DNA of 64,000 nt from Octopus bimaculoides (lineage: Eukaryota), in the NCBI RefSeq assembly GCF_001194135.2, contig NC_068990.1:7955997-8019996 (forward strand), in the 5' to 3' direction. Made by a program: the position numbers and the translations under genes. Below, piece by piece: positions 52,828 through 64,000 of this stretch (position 1 is its first letter; every line of letters begins with the position of its first letter). Below the pieces are notes generated by a model. The model was not told the origin of the DNA and did not search any database. It saw only the letters and a list, made by a program, of their open reading frames with translations.

Positions 52828-53119
52828 TAGGGGCTCTCAACCACATTTTATCTATGGACTCCTTTGATTGCTATTTCATTATGGCGGATTCCCATAGCTT
52901 TTCGGTGCTTAAAAGGTAGTTTCATAGAAACTTGTTTCAAAATTCCTATCTAATTTTTCACTTGTGTAGGTTGAACTTAGTAAAATGTTAGAGAAAGAAA
53001 CCTAGTTGTAGGTTTTGAAATAATATCGTGGATCCCCAATTAACTATTTTGTTGAGTGGATCCCCAGAAATCTTATATGGACTCTCAGGTGCCACATGCA
53101 CCTCGATTGAGAACCACTG
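52828..53119. mobile_element. hAT-like MITE
   Basis: Imperfect TIRs taggggctctcaacc / gattgagaaccactg, about 290 bp. TSD not convincing. Confidence 0.45.
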
Positions 53120-53914
53120 ACAAACTAAGCGTATATTTAATGTGGAATTTAGAAGACATTGTGATATTGCCTCAGCCTAATCTATGGAATTATTATAATA
53201 GCTCATCAGCATCCAAGAAAAAAATTATCATACTTAATAAAATTGTTTCCTACGCACGTAAAATATGCATACCTATATGCATGTATTCATACTTCAAGTA
53301 TTAATGGAGTCATTCGGCTTTCTTTTCTCATGAAACTCTAGAAAAAGAAATACAGATGTGTATTCGTAGCTTCAGCTTCGGCAAAGAAATCGATATTAAT
53401 AAATTTCAGGAAGAAAATAGTCAGAATAAAATAGTAGCAAACGCATATGTATTTTTGTTCTAATCAGATATTACTTTCGTCAGATTTAGCCAATTTCTTA
53501 CCACTTTCAAACAATCAGTTGGAAATATTGCATAGCTGAACTTTTGTTCGCGATAGAATTTTCAAAGTAGAGAAATCATAATAATCTATAATATGCAGAA
53601 AGACGAATATAGGCGATCAAATGCATCGGAAAAACAAAAACCTAATTAAGAGAAAAGAATTAATATTTATGGGAAGTTTGATATTTAATGTTTGGAGTAA
53701 TTGGCGCTATAGGGAAAAAACTCACCTAAAATGAATAATGCAATAATACCAAGAAATTTACACTTTATATACATATAATTTCAGCTCAAGAAATATCATA
53801 TATCTAAATGTAATATATATTGTTTTTTTTTTGTCAAGAAAAAACAGAAGTGCTCATAATCGTTTGCGCAGCTTCCTGGACTGGTGGGAAGAAGTAGTAT
53901 ATTCCCAAATTAAA

Positions 53915-54107
53915 AGCCGGGCGAAATGCTTAGCGGTATTTCATCTGTCTACGTTCTGAGTTCAAATTCCACCGCGGTCGACTTTGCCTTTCATCCTTCC
54001 GGGTTCGATAAATTAAGTACCAGTTGCGTACTGGAATCGATCTAATCGACTGCCGACTGCCCCACTTCCCTCAAAAATTCGGGGCCTTGCGCCTAGGGTA
54101 GAAAAGC
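53915..54107 (+). mobile_element. SINE family A (5'-truncated)
   Basis: Aligns to the 2786 and 41085 units. Confidence 0.85.
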
Positions 54108-54338
54108 ATTCCCAAGTCAAGGCTCCAGCTCAAATGCCCACCACATCATGGACTCTGCTTCTTGCATCCAATGTAACTGGTTTTGGTGTGAAACTACTCA
54201 ATAAACAGAGTCTGCCGCAAATGAAGGCAACCATGCCAGTATTAACTCAGTTTGCAGGAATCAGACCAAGTAGCACAAAGCAATTAATTCGACATCCTAA
54301 TGAATCTGCTAATCCATCTACACACACACACATATACG

Positions 54339-54382
<44 letters not shown>

Positions 54383-54528
54383 CATGCACGCACACACATA
54401 CATGCACGCATCCCACACACAAACACACAAACACATACACACACGTACGCACACACACACACATGTACGCGCTCACACGCAAGCACGCACACACACTCGC
54501 CATACACACACACACACACGCACAGTGG

Positions 54529-54812
54529 TTAAATAGATGACAAGGAACAAGAAATTATGTAACGAACTTCATTAGCTCACGGCTTTTTCGGCTATATGAT
54601 GCAGTGCATTCATAGTTGAATGCTTGTGTATCACCTTATGGCTTCTATGGAACTGAAAAAAATTAAGAACTAGACTTCATTTTGGAAGCTCCCGACGAAT
54701 CTATATGGTGATACACAAGCACTGAACTATGAATGCATTGCATCTTATAGCGGAAATGCTGTAGGCTAATGAAGTTCGTTACATAATTTCTTTTTCCCTT
54801 GTTATCTGTTTA
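54529..54812. repeat. Long inverted repeat / fold-back element (~110-bp arms, ~63-bp spacer)
   Basis: Perfect 28-bp pairing of 54549-54576 with 54765-54792 and 15-bp pairing of 54621-54635 with 54707-54721, inside longer imperfect arms. Confidence 0.9.
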
Positions 54813-57800
54813 ATATTTTATTACGTCTTGTACATGGCTAATGCTTTGCTACGAACAATACGTATAGTGAGTTCTAATACCAGGTACCACTGTCTCCAAT
54901 CTAAATACGTGTGTGTGCATGTATGTATGTGTGTGTATCCATATATCCATCACTGTTTCTCTATTTGGTTCTCTTTTAAAATCTCTTGTACCCTTCTGCA
55001 CGCGTAACAGGCGCGCATTCACAAGTTTGTTAACAGCTAGTCCGAATTGCTTCCACGGTTGATTGCGCAAAATATTCAGCATTTATACAAAGATGTCAGA
55101 AATTTATATATAATGCTGGTGGATATTGTAATATGCATATTCATATTTTTATGACTTCTCAGTAATTACACAATGTATATTTTATACACACAAAAACATG
55201 AAACAGATGGGCTGTAATAAACTAAAATGTAAGAAAGTCTTAACCATGGGAAGAAATGATAGGAATATAAACATACTTCTTGGATGTTTTTAATGTAAGA
55301 AAGTTTCTTGCATAGTTAGTAGGCGATTTCTTTCTCTAATTCTGCTTAAACGTTTATATATGCAAATTAAGATATCCAATCTAGAACCCCCCCCCCCCTG
55401 ATATATTTCAAGTCTTGTACAGAAGGGACAGTCATGTTTATGGGTCAGAAGCCTGATTTTTAGCCACGGCACATTCCCGTGGATAAATGTCTTCTACTGT
55501 ATCATCTGGTCGACCAATGACTTGAGAGTGAATTTCGTAAACCTATATAAAAGTCAATCGTAATCATATTTGCGTTTATCTCCTTCCAACTTTTGACAAC
55601 CGCTGTTGGTTTGTGTCTGTCCCCGTAACTTACTAGTTCGACAAAAAGAACCAGGAGAATATATGCCAAACTTAAATCGATGCTTCATCACAGCTTCAGT
55701 GCCGTAATTGAAAGAGGTAAAACATAAAAAAAAGAACACAAGTAGATGGTAAAATATTCTCTGCGGTATAATATTCTCTTCTACCAGTTAGGGAAGAATA
55801 TTGGACGCCTATCATCTGACGAACAGCAAACAAAGTGCAAAATATTCTTCGGACGCTCCCTATTCTTTTTTAAGCACATTGCAATAATAGAAACTATGTA
55901 CTTACATTCTTATAATTTCCTGTTAAAATTATTTTAGAAATATAAATTTATGTATCAGTTCTTCTGCTTTACTCGCTTGAGCACAATTCATACATAAATA
56001 CATACATACATACATACATATATATACACACACGCACTTACATCGCCAACTGGTAACTTTTATCCGTCTTCTAAGGGTAAATACCCAAACTTTTTCTGCT
56101 ATTTTCCCAGCTACACTGTGTTCGAAATTTTCTTTCCTCTCTGTAAAATACCAACACATGTAGAGCTTCAAACATTTGTTTGTAATACGTTCTCATGCAT
56201 ATAATTACGTATGTGTGTGTGCATGTGTGTATGTGTCTATATATATATGCATACATATTTATACACATCCCCCACACACAAACACAGGTATATACAGTAC
56301 GCGTATATACAGTACGCGTGCACACAACTCACATACACTTTTCTATATCTCTCTGTGTGTATGTGGGTGTGTGTGCATGTTTATGCACGTACATGAATAT
56401 ATCAACAGCATTGTTTTACTAGATCTCCCTTTGAAAAGATTTTCTGAGTAAGTCTAAGATCTGAAGTATCAATAAATTTATAACCTGTTACTGGTACAGT
56501 CAAGGTTCAAAGACCTAACTCTCACTTAAGTTAGCTAGCCTAGTGAATATGCAGTTGACGGCATCAAATATCTTTAGTCATAAGATCAAGGTTGCTCAAG
56601 TAGAGCTCTTATCAAAAATGTTCATGCCGTAATCGTATTCTATGTTTATCAGGTATTACATTAAATAATATCAACGTATTGACGCGAGACTGCGATTTGC
56701 CAATGATTTGGTTTATATACAGTTGTCTAGAATAACATTATGACCAGTGTAATAAAACGCAACGTTAATTAACTTCATGAAAATGTAATCCAAATTCAAT
56801 GAAATTCTGTCTTAGTATTTTGTAGGCTCTTCTTAATTTAAAATATAAACTATCACCTAATTAAACTTGAGTTTGATCAAATTTGCAATGACAGTCGTAA
56901 TTTTTTAAACCAATCTTTTTGCAGTGCTGCTTTTAGCTCTGTAATTGTAAAAATCCGCTCGAAACCTTCACTGGAGATGTTCCAATCAATGTTCTACAGG
57001 ATTGAAATCAGAGATTTTAACCACTCCAGAATCTGTCAATTTTTTAACAATAAACCCTTAAAAATTGGGTTTTTTTTTTTACAATACGTTGGTTCATTTA
57101 TATGATTTAAAACAAGACTGAAATCTATTTCTGTTGTTCTAACTGCCCTCAATTCTATAAATACAGAATCTTAACGTTTAACAGTTCCTTGCAAATGAAT
57201 CGGCTCCCATGTCTCATTTTTGTTAGCTCATACATATGCCTGCTTGAATAGGAAGATCCGCAGTATTTGGTTTCGCCAAATCATATTATTGATGACCAAA
57301 CGTCATGTTCCTTTCACACAAATCTGTCTTGTCCAGATAAAACTTCTTTTTGGGCTTTGTCGTTTCAAATTTATTATTACCAACTCAAAGCAGAATATAT
57401 AAATCGATATTGCAAATTGATATAACATCGTTACATAGCAGAGGTGTGGAATGTTAATCTATAAAAAGTATTTTATTCATTCATGATGTAAACAGATTCT
57501 ATTAACAGCATACTAATTGAAAGCACAATATTGCTTCGAATTTTGGCTCTATAATTGTAAAAACCTGCTCAAAACCTTCACTGGATATGTTCTAATCAAT
57601 GTTCTACAGGATTGAAATCGGAGATTTTAACCACTCCAGTATCTAGACTCGGTGAATAAAATCTTTCCTGCAACTCCTAGTTCATTTCCAGTTCTATGAA
57701 TATTCTTCAGTAAATCAACATATCCACAGAATTTGCAACGCTTTAAGCATTCCAGTCAACGTTTAATAATTTCCCACCTAGCTGTAGTCTTTAAACTTCC

Positions 57801-58431
57801 ATAATCTTTTTGCAGATTTCCGGATCATTATCTCACTTGGAAATGTGTTTCTTTATTCTAGCTCTTGATTATGTTATTCAATATTTGATGATTAAAAAAA
57901 AGAAAAAAAAAATTAGATATTTGTTTGAGCTTTTCCTCGTTTGAACTTTCCATATTGATAATAGTCGATGACTTGCTTGCGTGTAAATCATCGATATCTC
58001 TTTTCATTAGTCTTCATTGTTGCGTGTAATAAAATTAAAATTACAATTAAAGTTACAATTACTCAAAATTCATATATCTAAGTATAAAGAATAGAAAACG
58101 TATTAGTAAACATTTAAACAAATAAAACTAAAACCTGACAAAAAACTAATATATTTTCGTGAGTCCCTGTAGGCAAACGAATTAACAGCGTTGTGAAAAA
58201 ATATGAAAGACAGCATTTCCTTACCTTGAAGTTCTAACTTAATTCGATGTGCTATATCAATGTAATGGCAACCCACTTCAGTGAATTTGTTCCTCACTGT
58301 CCCTTACTATCAAATCTTCAATAACTATATCGAAGTTGGCTTAAATATTTTATGTAACTAACCTAATTTGATTTCAGTGATTAAACACCAACGTTTGTGT
58401 CACCACTTAAACAACATCTGTAATGTATTTT

Positions 58432-58599
58432 CGTCGTGGTTGTGTGGTAAGAAGCTTCTTGCCCCACCTCATGGTTCCGGGTTCAGTCTCACTGCAGCGT
58501 GACATCTTGGGCATGTGTTCTCTACTATAGAGTCGGGGTGACCAAAGCCTTGTGCGTGGTTTTGGAAGACGGAAACTGAAACAAACCCGTCGCACACCC

Positions 58600-58657
<58 letters not shown>

Positions 58658-58862
58658 ATGTATGTATATTTTTATGAGAATGTTTCCTCCACCACCGCTT
58701 GATAACCAGTGTTGATGTGTCTATATCCCTGTAACTTAACAGTTCGGCAAAATTAACCGATAAAATAAGCATAGGCTTACAAACAAATAAGTCCTGCGGT
58801 CAATTTGTTCGACTAAAATCTTTCAAACCAGTACCCCAACATGGCCGCAGTTAAATGACAAT
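58432..58862 (+). mobile_element. SINE family B, full length with internal (AT)n/(GT)n tract
   Basis: Head and core, then microsatellite, then tail (ccaccgcttgataacc...catggccgcagttaaatgac). Same layout at 59533-59945. Confidence 0.8.
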
Positions 58863-59532
58863 TAAAAAATAAACTGAACTTTAAAGCAATAATAGATAAG
58901 ATTTACAATTCGTTAAATGGAACGAATTTTCGTACATGGTAATTAGACAGCATTAATGAAGTCGTCAATATCACAGCATACAATATTTTTCCTCTATATA
59001 AAAGGTATATTATTTTATGTTTGGATATAACAGAATGAGGTTGTTGCCATGAAATGTCCCGGGTCATCACAATTTATGTGGAAACTAAATTTGTTGCTTT
59101 CTTCCAAGGTGAAATTAAACCAGGGATAAAACTTGACACGCAATGTTTCCTTCCATCAATTAAATCATTTCATTGATGCTCAGGAATAATGTTAATGTTA
59201 TCGAGGTATGACATATTGGTATTTTCATTAGAAATTAATTAAAAATTTATATTTCGAAAACATGCCTTAATAGTTATTGGTTATTGCTCCTTTCTTATTT
59301 ATAATATTTATTTTTTGTTCAGTTTTGCCAAAATTCGAAGTAATATTATGTCATTAATTAGTACGGAGTTAATAGTATCTATCTACTTCATGAATGAACA
59401 ACATATTTTTATATAGATTAACATTTCATCATATCTTCTGCTTTGTAATGATGTTATATCGATTCACAATAACAATTTATATATTCTGCTTCAGGTCGGT
59501 GATGATAAATATGAAACGACAAACTGTTCTTA

Positions 59533-59945
59533 GGCGTGCCTGAGTGGTTAAGAAGCTTGCTTCCCAACCATGTGGTCTTTGGCTCAGCCATACTGTGTGG
59601 CTCCTTGAGCAAGTAAGCAAGTATCTTCTACTATGATCTCCGGGCAACCAAAACCTTGTGAAGTGATTTGGCAGACGGAAACTGAAAGGCCGTCATATAT
59701 ATATATTTGTGTGTGTGTGTGTGGGTGCGTGTCCATGCGCCTGCGAGTCTTTGCGTTTGTCCCTTATTACCGCTTGACAACCGGTGCTGGTTTTTTTAAG
59801 CCTCCGTAACTTAGTGGTTCAAGAAATGGGACCGAGAGATTCAGTACTAAGCAAAAGAAAAAAATAGTCTTTGGGGAGGTTTTCTTCCACTAAAGCTTCA
59901 AGGCGGTGCACCGGGATGGTTGCAGTCCAATGACTGACATTAAAA
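59533..59945 (+). mobile_element. SINE family B, full length with internal microsatellite
   Basis: Same layout as 58432-58862. Confidence 0.75.
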
Positions 59946-60658
59946 CTAACGGTACACACACGCGCACACACACACACACACACACATACACACATACACA
60001 CACNNNNNNNNNNNNNNNNNNNNNNNNNNNNNNNNNNNNNNNNNNNNNNNNNNNNNNNNNNNNNNNNNNNNNNNNNNNNNNNNNNNNNNNNNNNNNNNNN
60101 NNNNNNNNNNNNNNNNNNNNNNNNNNNNNNNNNNNNNNNNNNNNNNNNNNNNNNNNNNNNNNNNNNNNNNNNNNNNNNNNNNNNNNNNNNNNNNNNNNNN
60201 NNNNNNNNNNNNNNNNNNNNNNNNNNNNNNNNNNNNNNNNNNNNNNNNNNNNNNNNNNNNNNNNNNNNNNNNNNNNNNNNNNNNNNNNNNNNNNNNNNNN
60301 NNNNNNNNNNNNNNNNNNNNNNNNNNNNNNNNNNNNNNNNNNNNNNNNNNNNNNNNNNNNNNNNNNNNNNNNNNNNNNNNNNNNNNNNNNNNNNNNNNNN
60401 NNNNNNNNNNNNNNNNNNNNNNNNNNNNNNNNNNNNNNNNNNNNNNNNNNNNNNNNNNNNNNNNNNNNNNNNNNNNNNNNNNNNNNNNNNNNNNNNNNNN
60501 NNNNNNNNNNNNNNNNNNNNNNNNNNNNNNNNNNNNNNNNNNNNNNNNNNNNNNNNNNNNNNNNNNNNNNNNNNNNNNNNNNNNNNNNNNNNNNNNNNNN
60601 NNNNNNNNNNNNNNNNNNNNNNNNNNNNNNNNNNNNNNNNNNNNNNNNNNNNNNNNNN

Positions 60659-61790
60659 TGAATCTAACCTATATGAACTTTCGCTCCAAAATATTTGGAC
60701 CTCCATTCCACCAGTATAGAAGAGAAAACTGGAAAAGGTACCTAGAAGATTGTCTTATCATCTGGAATGAAACCTATGATAAACTAGATTTCAAATCCAC
60801 ACTGAACAATGTAAGCTCCAATATGCAATTTACAATAGAATATAGCAAGGGACAGCTCCCATTTCTGGACATTTTGATTATTAAAAAATCCAACAACCAA
60901 ATTACAACTGACATCTACTACAAACCAATAGACTCAAAACAGTATCTCCTTTTCAGTTCATGCCATCCTAAACACACCAAAATAAATATCACATTCTGGA
61001 TAAAAGGATCTGCACAATTGTATCTGACACAACCACTCGGAAACCTCGCCTACAAGACCTCAAAATAAGACTCATTGAACGTCAATATCCACCCGCACTT
61101 ATAGACCATGGAATTGAAAGTGCCAAGAAATTGGACACAAAACAATAAGGACAGCAAAACAAAACATCACACCTCACTTTAAATCACTCCCATACATATC
61201 AACCCAGAACCTCAGAAACAATGGAGCATAAAATTATACAAAATCTCCCTCTGCTCATTCAGGACCCGAAAATGAACAATATCCTAAAGACACATAAACT
61301 CCTCAAATGCAAAAGACAGCACAAATCACTCAAGTGACTCCTAACAAATGCAAAACTATACTCAATACATACGATACTAACAAAAATTCAGCCGACTTAA
61401 TTGTGGTACATGCCTATATCAGGCTGGGAATTCATAACCCAACAAGGAGAAACATTCTCAATTAAGACCAACTTCACATGTGCTTCCCAGAACCTTATCT
61501 ATGTCCTAAACTGCTCAGGTTGTGTCCACAATAATGTGGGCCAAACGACCCTTACTTTGAGTCACGCTGCATAAAGAACAGATTCATTTTCCTCAATACA
61601 AGCATATAGCCCTGAGCGAACATATCCACAGATGCGCAAGAAATAAAACACCGAATTTCCACATCTTTCCATTATACGAATGCAAAGATTCAATTCTCCT
61701 TACACGAACGCCTAAACAAGGAAAGCCTGTTCATACAAAAGTACAGACCATACCTTAATATACAAAACTTGAGTCCTTCAAAAATTGTGC
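60659..61790 (+). mobile_element. Penelope-like element fragment (RT C-terminus plus GIY-YIG endonuclease), decayed
   Basis: WKRYLEDCLIIW..QFTIE..LPFLDILI..TTDIYYKP..QYLLFSSCHPKHTK; then FTCASQNLIYVLNCSGC..VGQT..HIALSEHIHRC. Confidence 0.88.
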
Positions 61791-62394
61791 TGAGGAGTTA
61801 GTTGTCCCCATTGCCACCTGTTACCTCCTTTGGTCCACTCTGTAGATTCATTCTTATTTTTGAAGCATCCAAACTGGCGAGACCCCTTTGTCACAAGAAT
61901 TGATTACTTCACAATATCCCTTGAAAAACTAATTTAAATAGCGAAAACCGGTTGGATATCACAATATCTATAAAATATGTATATATTTTTTAAAAAAGTT
62001 CTTTATAAAAATATATTAAACTATGTGAAACGAAGGCATTTCTCTTCCACTTTTTATATGTTTTCCATATATTTTCATGTTATAGTTTTCCCACGTGCTG
62101 TAAACGGAATCTCCAATATTTTTGCACCTTTGTTATATATTTTTATATTACTATATCTNNNNNNNNNNNNNNNNNNNNNNNNNNNNNNNNNNNNNNNNNN
62201 NNNNNNNNNNNNNNNNNNNNNNNNNNNNNNNNNNNNNNNNNNNNNNNNNNNNNNNNNNNNNNNNNNNNNNNNNNNNNNNNNNNNNNNNNNNNNNNNNNNN
62301 NNNNNNNNNNNNNNNNNNNNNNNNNNNNNNNNNNNNNNNNNNNNNNNNATATATATATACACACATATAAATTTAATGAATGGAGTAAAACGCA

Positions 62395-62440
<46 letters not shown>

Positions 62441-63876
62441 CATACATACATGCTTGCATACATGAATACATACATGGATACAGCCACTGCCCCCCTTTCG
62501 GTTTCCTCGGTATGACTAATGGACATGATTAAATCCTAACAAGAATATTGACATCCTCCACATAATCTGCACTAAGTTGTTCAATTCCAGCATTGATTAA
62601 CCCATAACAATATATTTTCTATAAAAATATGCTCACAAACTCAAATATTTATCGAACCTAACAAAGGTTTTTATAGCTGCACCAAATCAAATTTAGAGAA
62701 ATTCAGTGGAATGTTTTCAGACGGAATGATATTTTAATCGCCAAATCGATGTTATGTGAGATATAGAAAGTGAGAGCATAATAAATAGATAAAGAGATAT
62801 AGAGATAGGGAGAGGAGAATGAGAAAGAGATTCTTCATTTAGATGCTAATGTATTGCTCTTGAAAAATTCAGTGGTTCTTATAAAGGGCACTAATTACAA
62901 GTTATTCAATCCCAGCATTAATTAACTCATTAAAATCTGAAGTTTTAAATTCTAGTTAGTCATAAATGCGCGTCAAATCTGTTGATTGTTTGTTATTTAT
63001 ATAATGAAATTCATCGGTACTTCGTTAGTACAGTTAATTGCATAGAATGAGTAGAAATCATCTAAAGAAAAGTTTTCTTTTAACGCATTGGATTAACGAT
63101 TGTCGGCTCTAAGATCTCGGATCATCTTAAAGAGATACTCAGTATAGATGCACGCAAGATGACACAAATACTGCGACATGGTTTCTGCCACATGGTCTAG
63201 AAACAGAACCTTTTAGCTAAAACTAATGCCCTTGGAAACAACATAAAAATTATAGTATAGGAAAGGTAATATAGGAAGGTTATTGAGGGTTTACGTAATT
63301 TAAACAGCGTAAGGCAACTTTATCGGGATTACTGAAAACAGTTTAGTAATGTTTCAATTAGTATCGTCCCTTTTTCTTCAGCAACGTTGTGGAAAACGTT
63401 TTCTTAATTTAGTAGGTGAATAGAAGCAACCGAATCCTTATGCTGTTTACAAATTAACAACACGATTTAGATTTAATATTAAATTTTCTCAATGACCCAG
63501 TCTTTTTCAGCGGCTATTTGGTTATTAATTGAGGCCCATGATCAGAAGATGATGAGCAACCGACCAAGTGACCCTCTTTAGATACATGTTTGTAGAATCC
63601 ATTGAAAAGTAGTTTCTTTCCTTCTGTGTTGAATGAATTATGGGAAAAAAGTTGCGCCTTCTTTCTTTGACCTGTGTGGTTCAAGCAAATAGTCGTACAG
63701 TCTCTGTTTCTTTTTTTTATCAAAGTGTCTAGATTGCGAGTGTCGAGCTAACCATTGCGAAGGTATCTGCTTCTGCCTAGTCACAGCATTGGTGATACTT
63801 TGTGAACTAGGGTGATAGTGTGCTTTAACAAAAATTACTTTTCTGAAATTCTTCTCTTTTAGCTTAGCTAAAAAAA

Positions 63877-64000
63877 GAGTTCACTTGGTTAGACAACGTT
63901 TGATATCTTAAGCGAGTTCACTTGGTGAGACAACGTTTGATATCTTAAGCGAGTTCACTTGGTTAGACAACGTTTGATATCTTAAGCGAGTTCACTTGGT
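63877..64000. repeat. 37-bp minisatellite, at least 3.3 copies, running off the window end
   Basis: Unit gagttcacttggttagacaacgtttgatatcttaagc, with one substitution in copy 2 and no spacers. Confidence 0.95.

Larger units (their letters stand above)
714..62348. other. Assembly gaps (12 N-runs): 714-811, 3679-3746, 7410-7680, 8105-8687, 10742-11154, 22808-23026, 24117-24860, 28064-28474, 30697-30744, 50323-50887, 60004-60658, 62159-62348
   Basis: Runs of N, nearly all bordered by (AT)n, (CT)n, (AC)n or (AAT)n. ORFs spanning them are artefacts. Confidence 0.99.

Noticed and set aside
604-62526. Long ORFs in the ORF track (e.g. 7929-8711, 24031-24891, 27934-28905, 59819-60706)
   Set aside because: They are made of N-gaps and dinucleotide repeats (YIYI, THTH, CVCV, SLSL) and are not real coding sequence.
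63877-64000. CRISPR array (37-bp repeat length)
   Set aside because: Units are head-to-tail with no spacers, the context is eukaryotic, and there are no cas genes.

Overview
This is AT-rich eukaryotic non-coding DNA from a draft assembly, with 12 N-gaps mostly flanked by microsatellites. The repeat landscape suggests an octopus/cephalopod genome: dense (AT)n/(AC)n/(AG)n/(AAT)n tracts, several tRNA-head SINE families, and RTE, R4/Dong-like, Penelope, mariner and Gypsy remnants. That assignment is inferred from repeat content only. I could not support any host protein-coding gene; the listed ORFs are mostly microsatellite or gap artefacts or TE fragments. The standout feature is a decayed, 5'-truncated Gypsy element (~33135-38250, 3' LTR still present) whose integrase is interrupted twice by cassettes that each carry a full-length U1 snRNA gene with its genomic flanks. 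Each cassette is bracketed by an unusually long direct duplication of the Gypsy target (170 bp and 42 bp). Both U1 copies share non-canonical U1-70K-loop and Sm-site sequences. Other notable items are a tRNA-head SINE with a Penelope-type hammerhead-ribozyme core bracketed by ~30-bp inverted repeats, stacks of R4/Dong-like LINE fragments separated by (AAT)n arrays, a ~285-bp fold-back element, and a 56-nt pre-miRNA-sized hairpin. All alignments were done by eye and TE boundaries are approximate.
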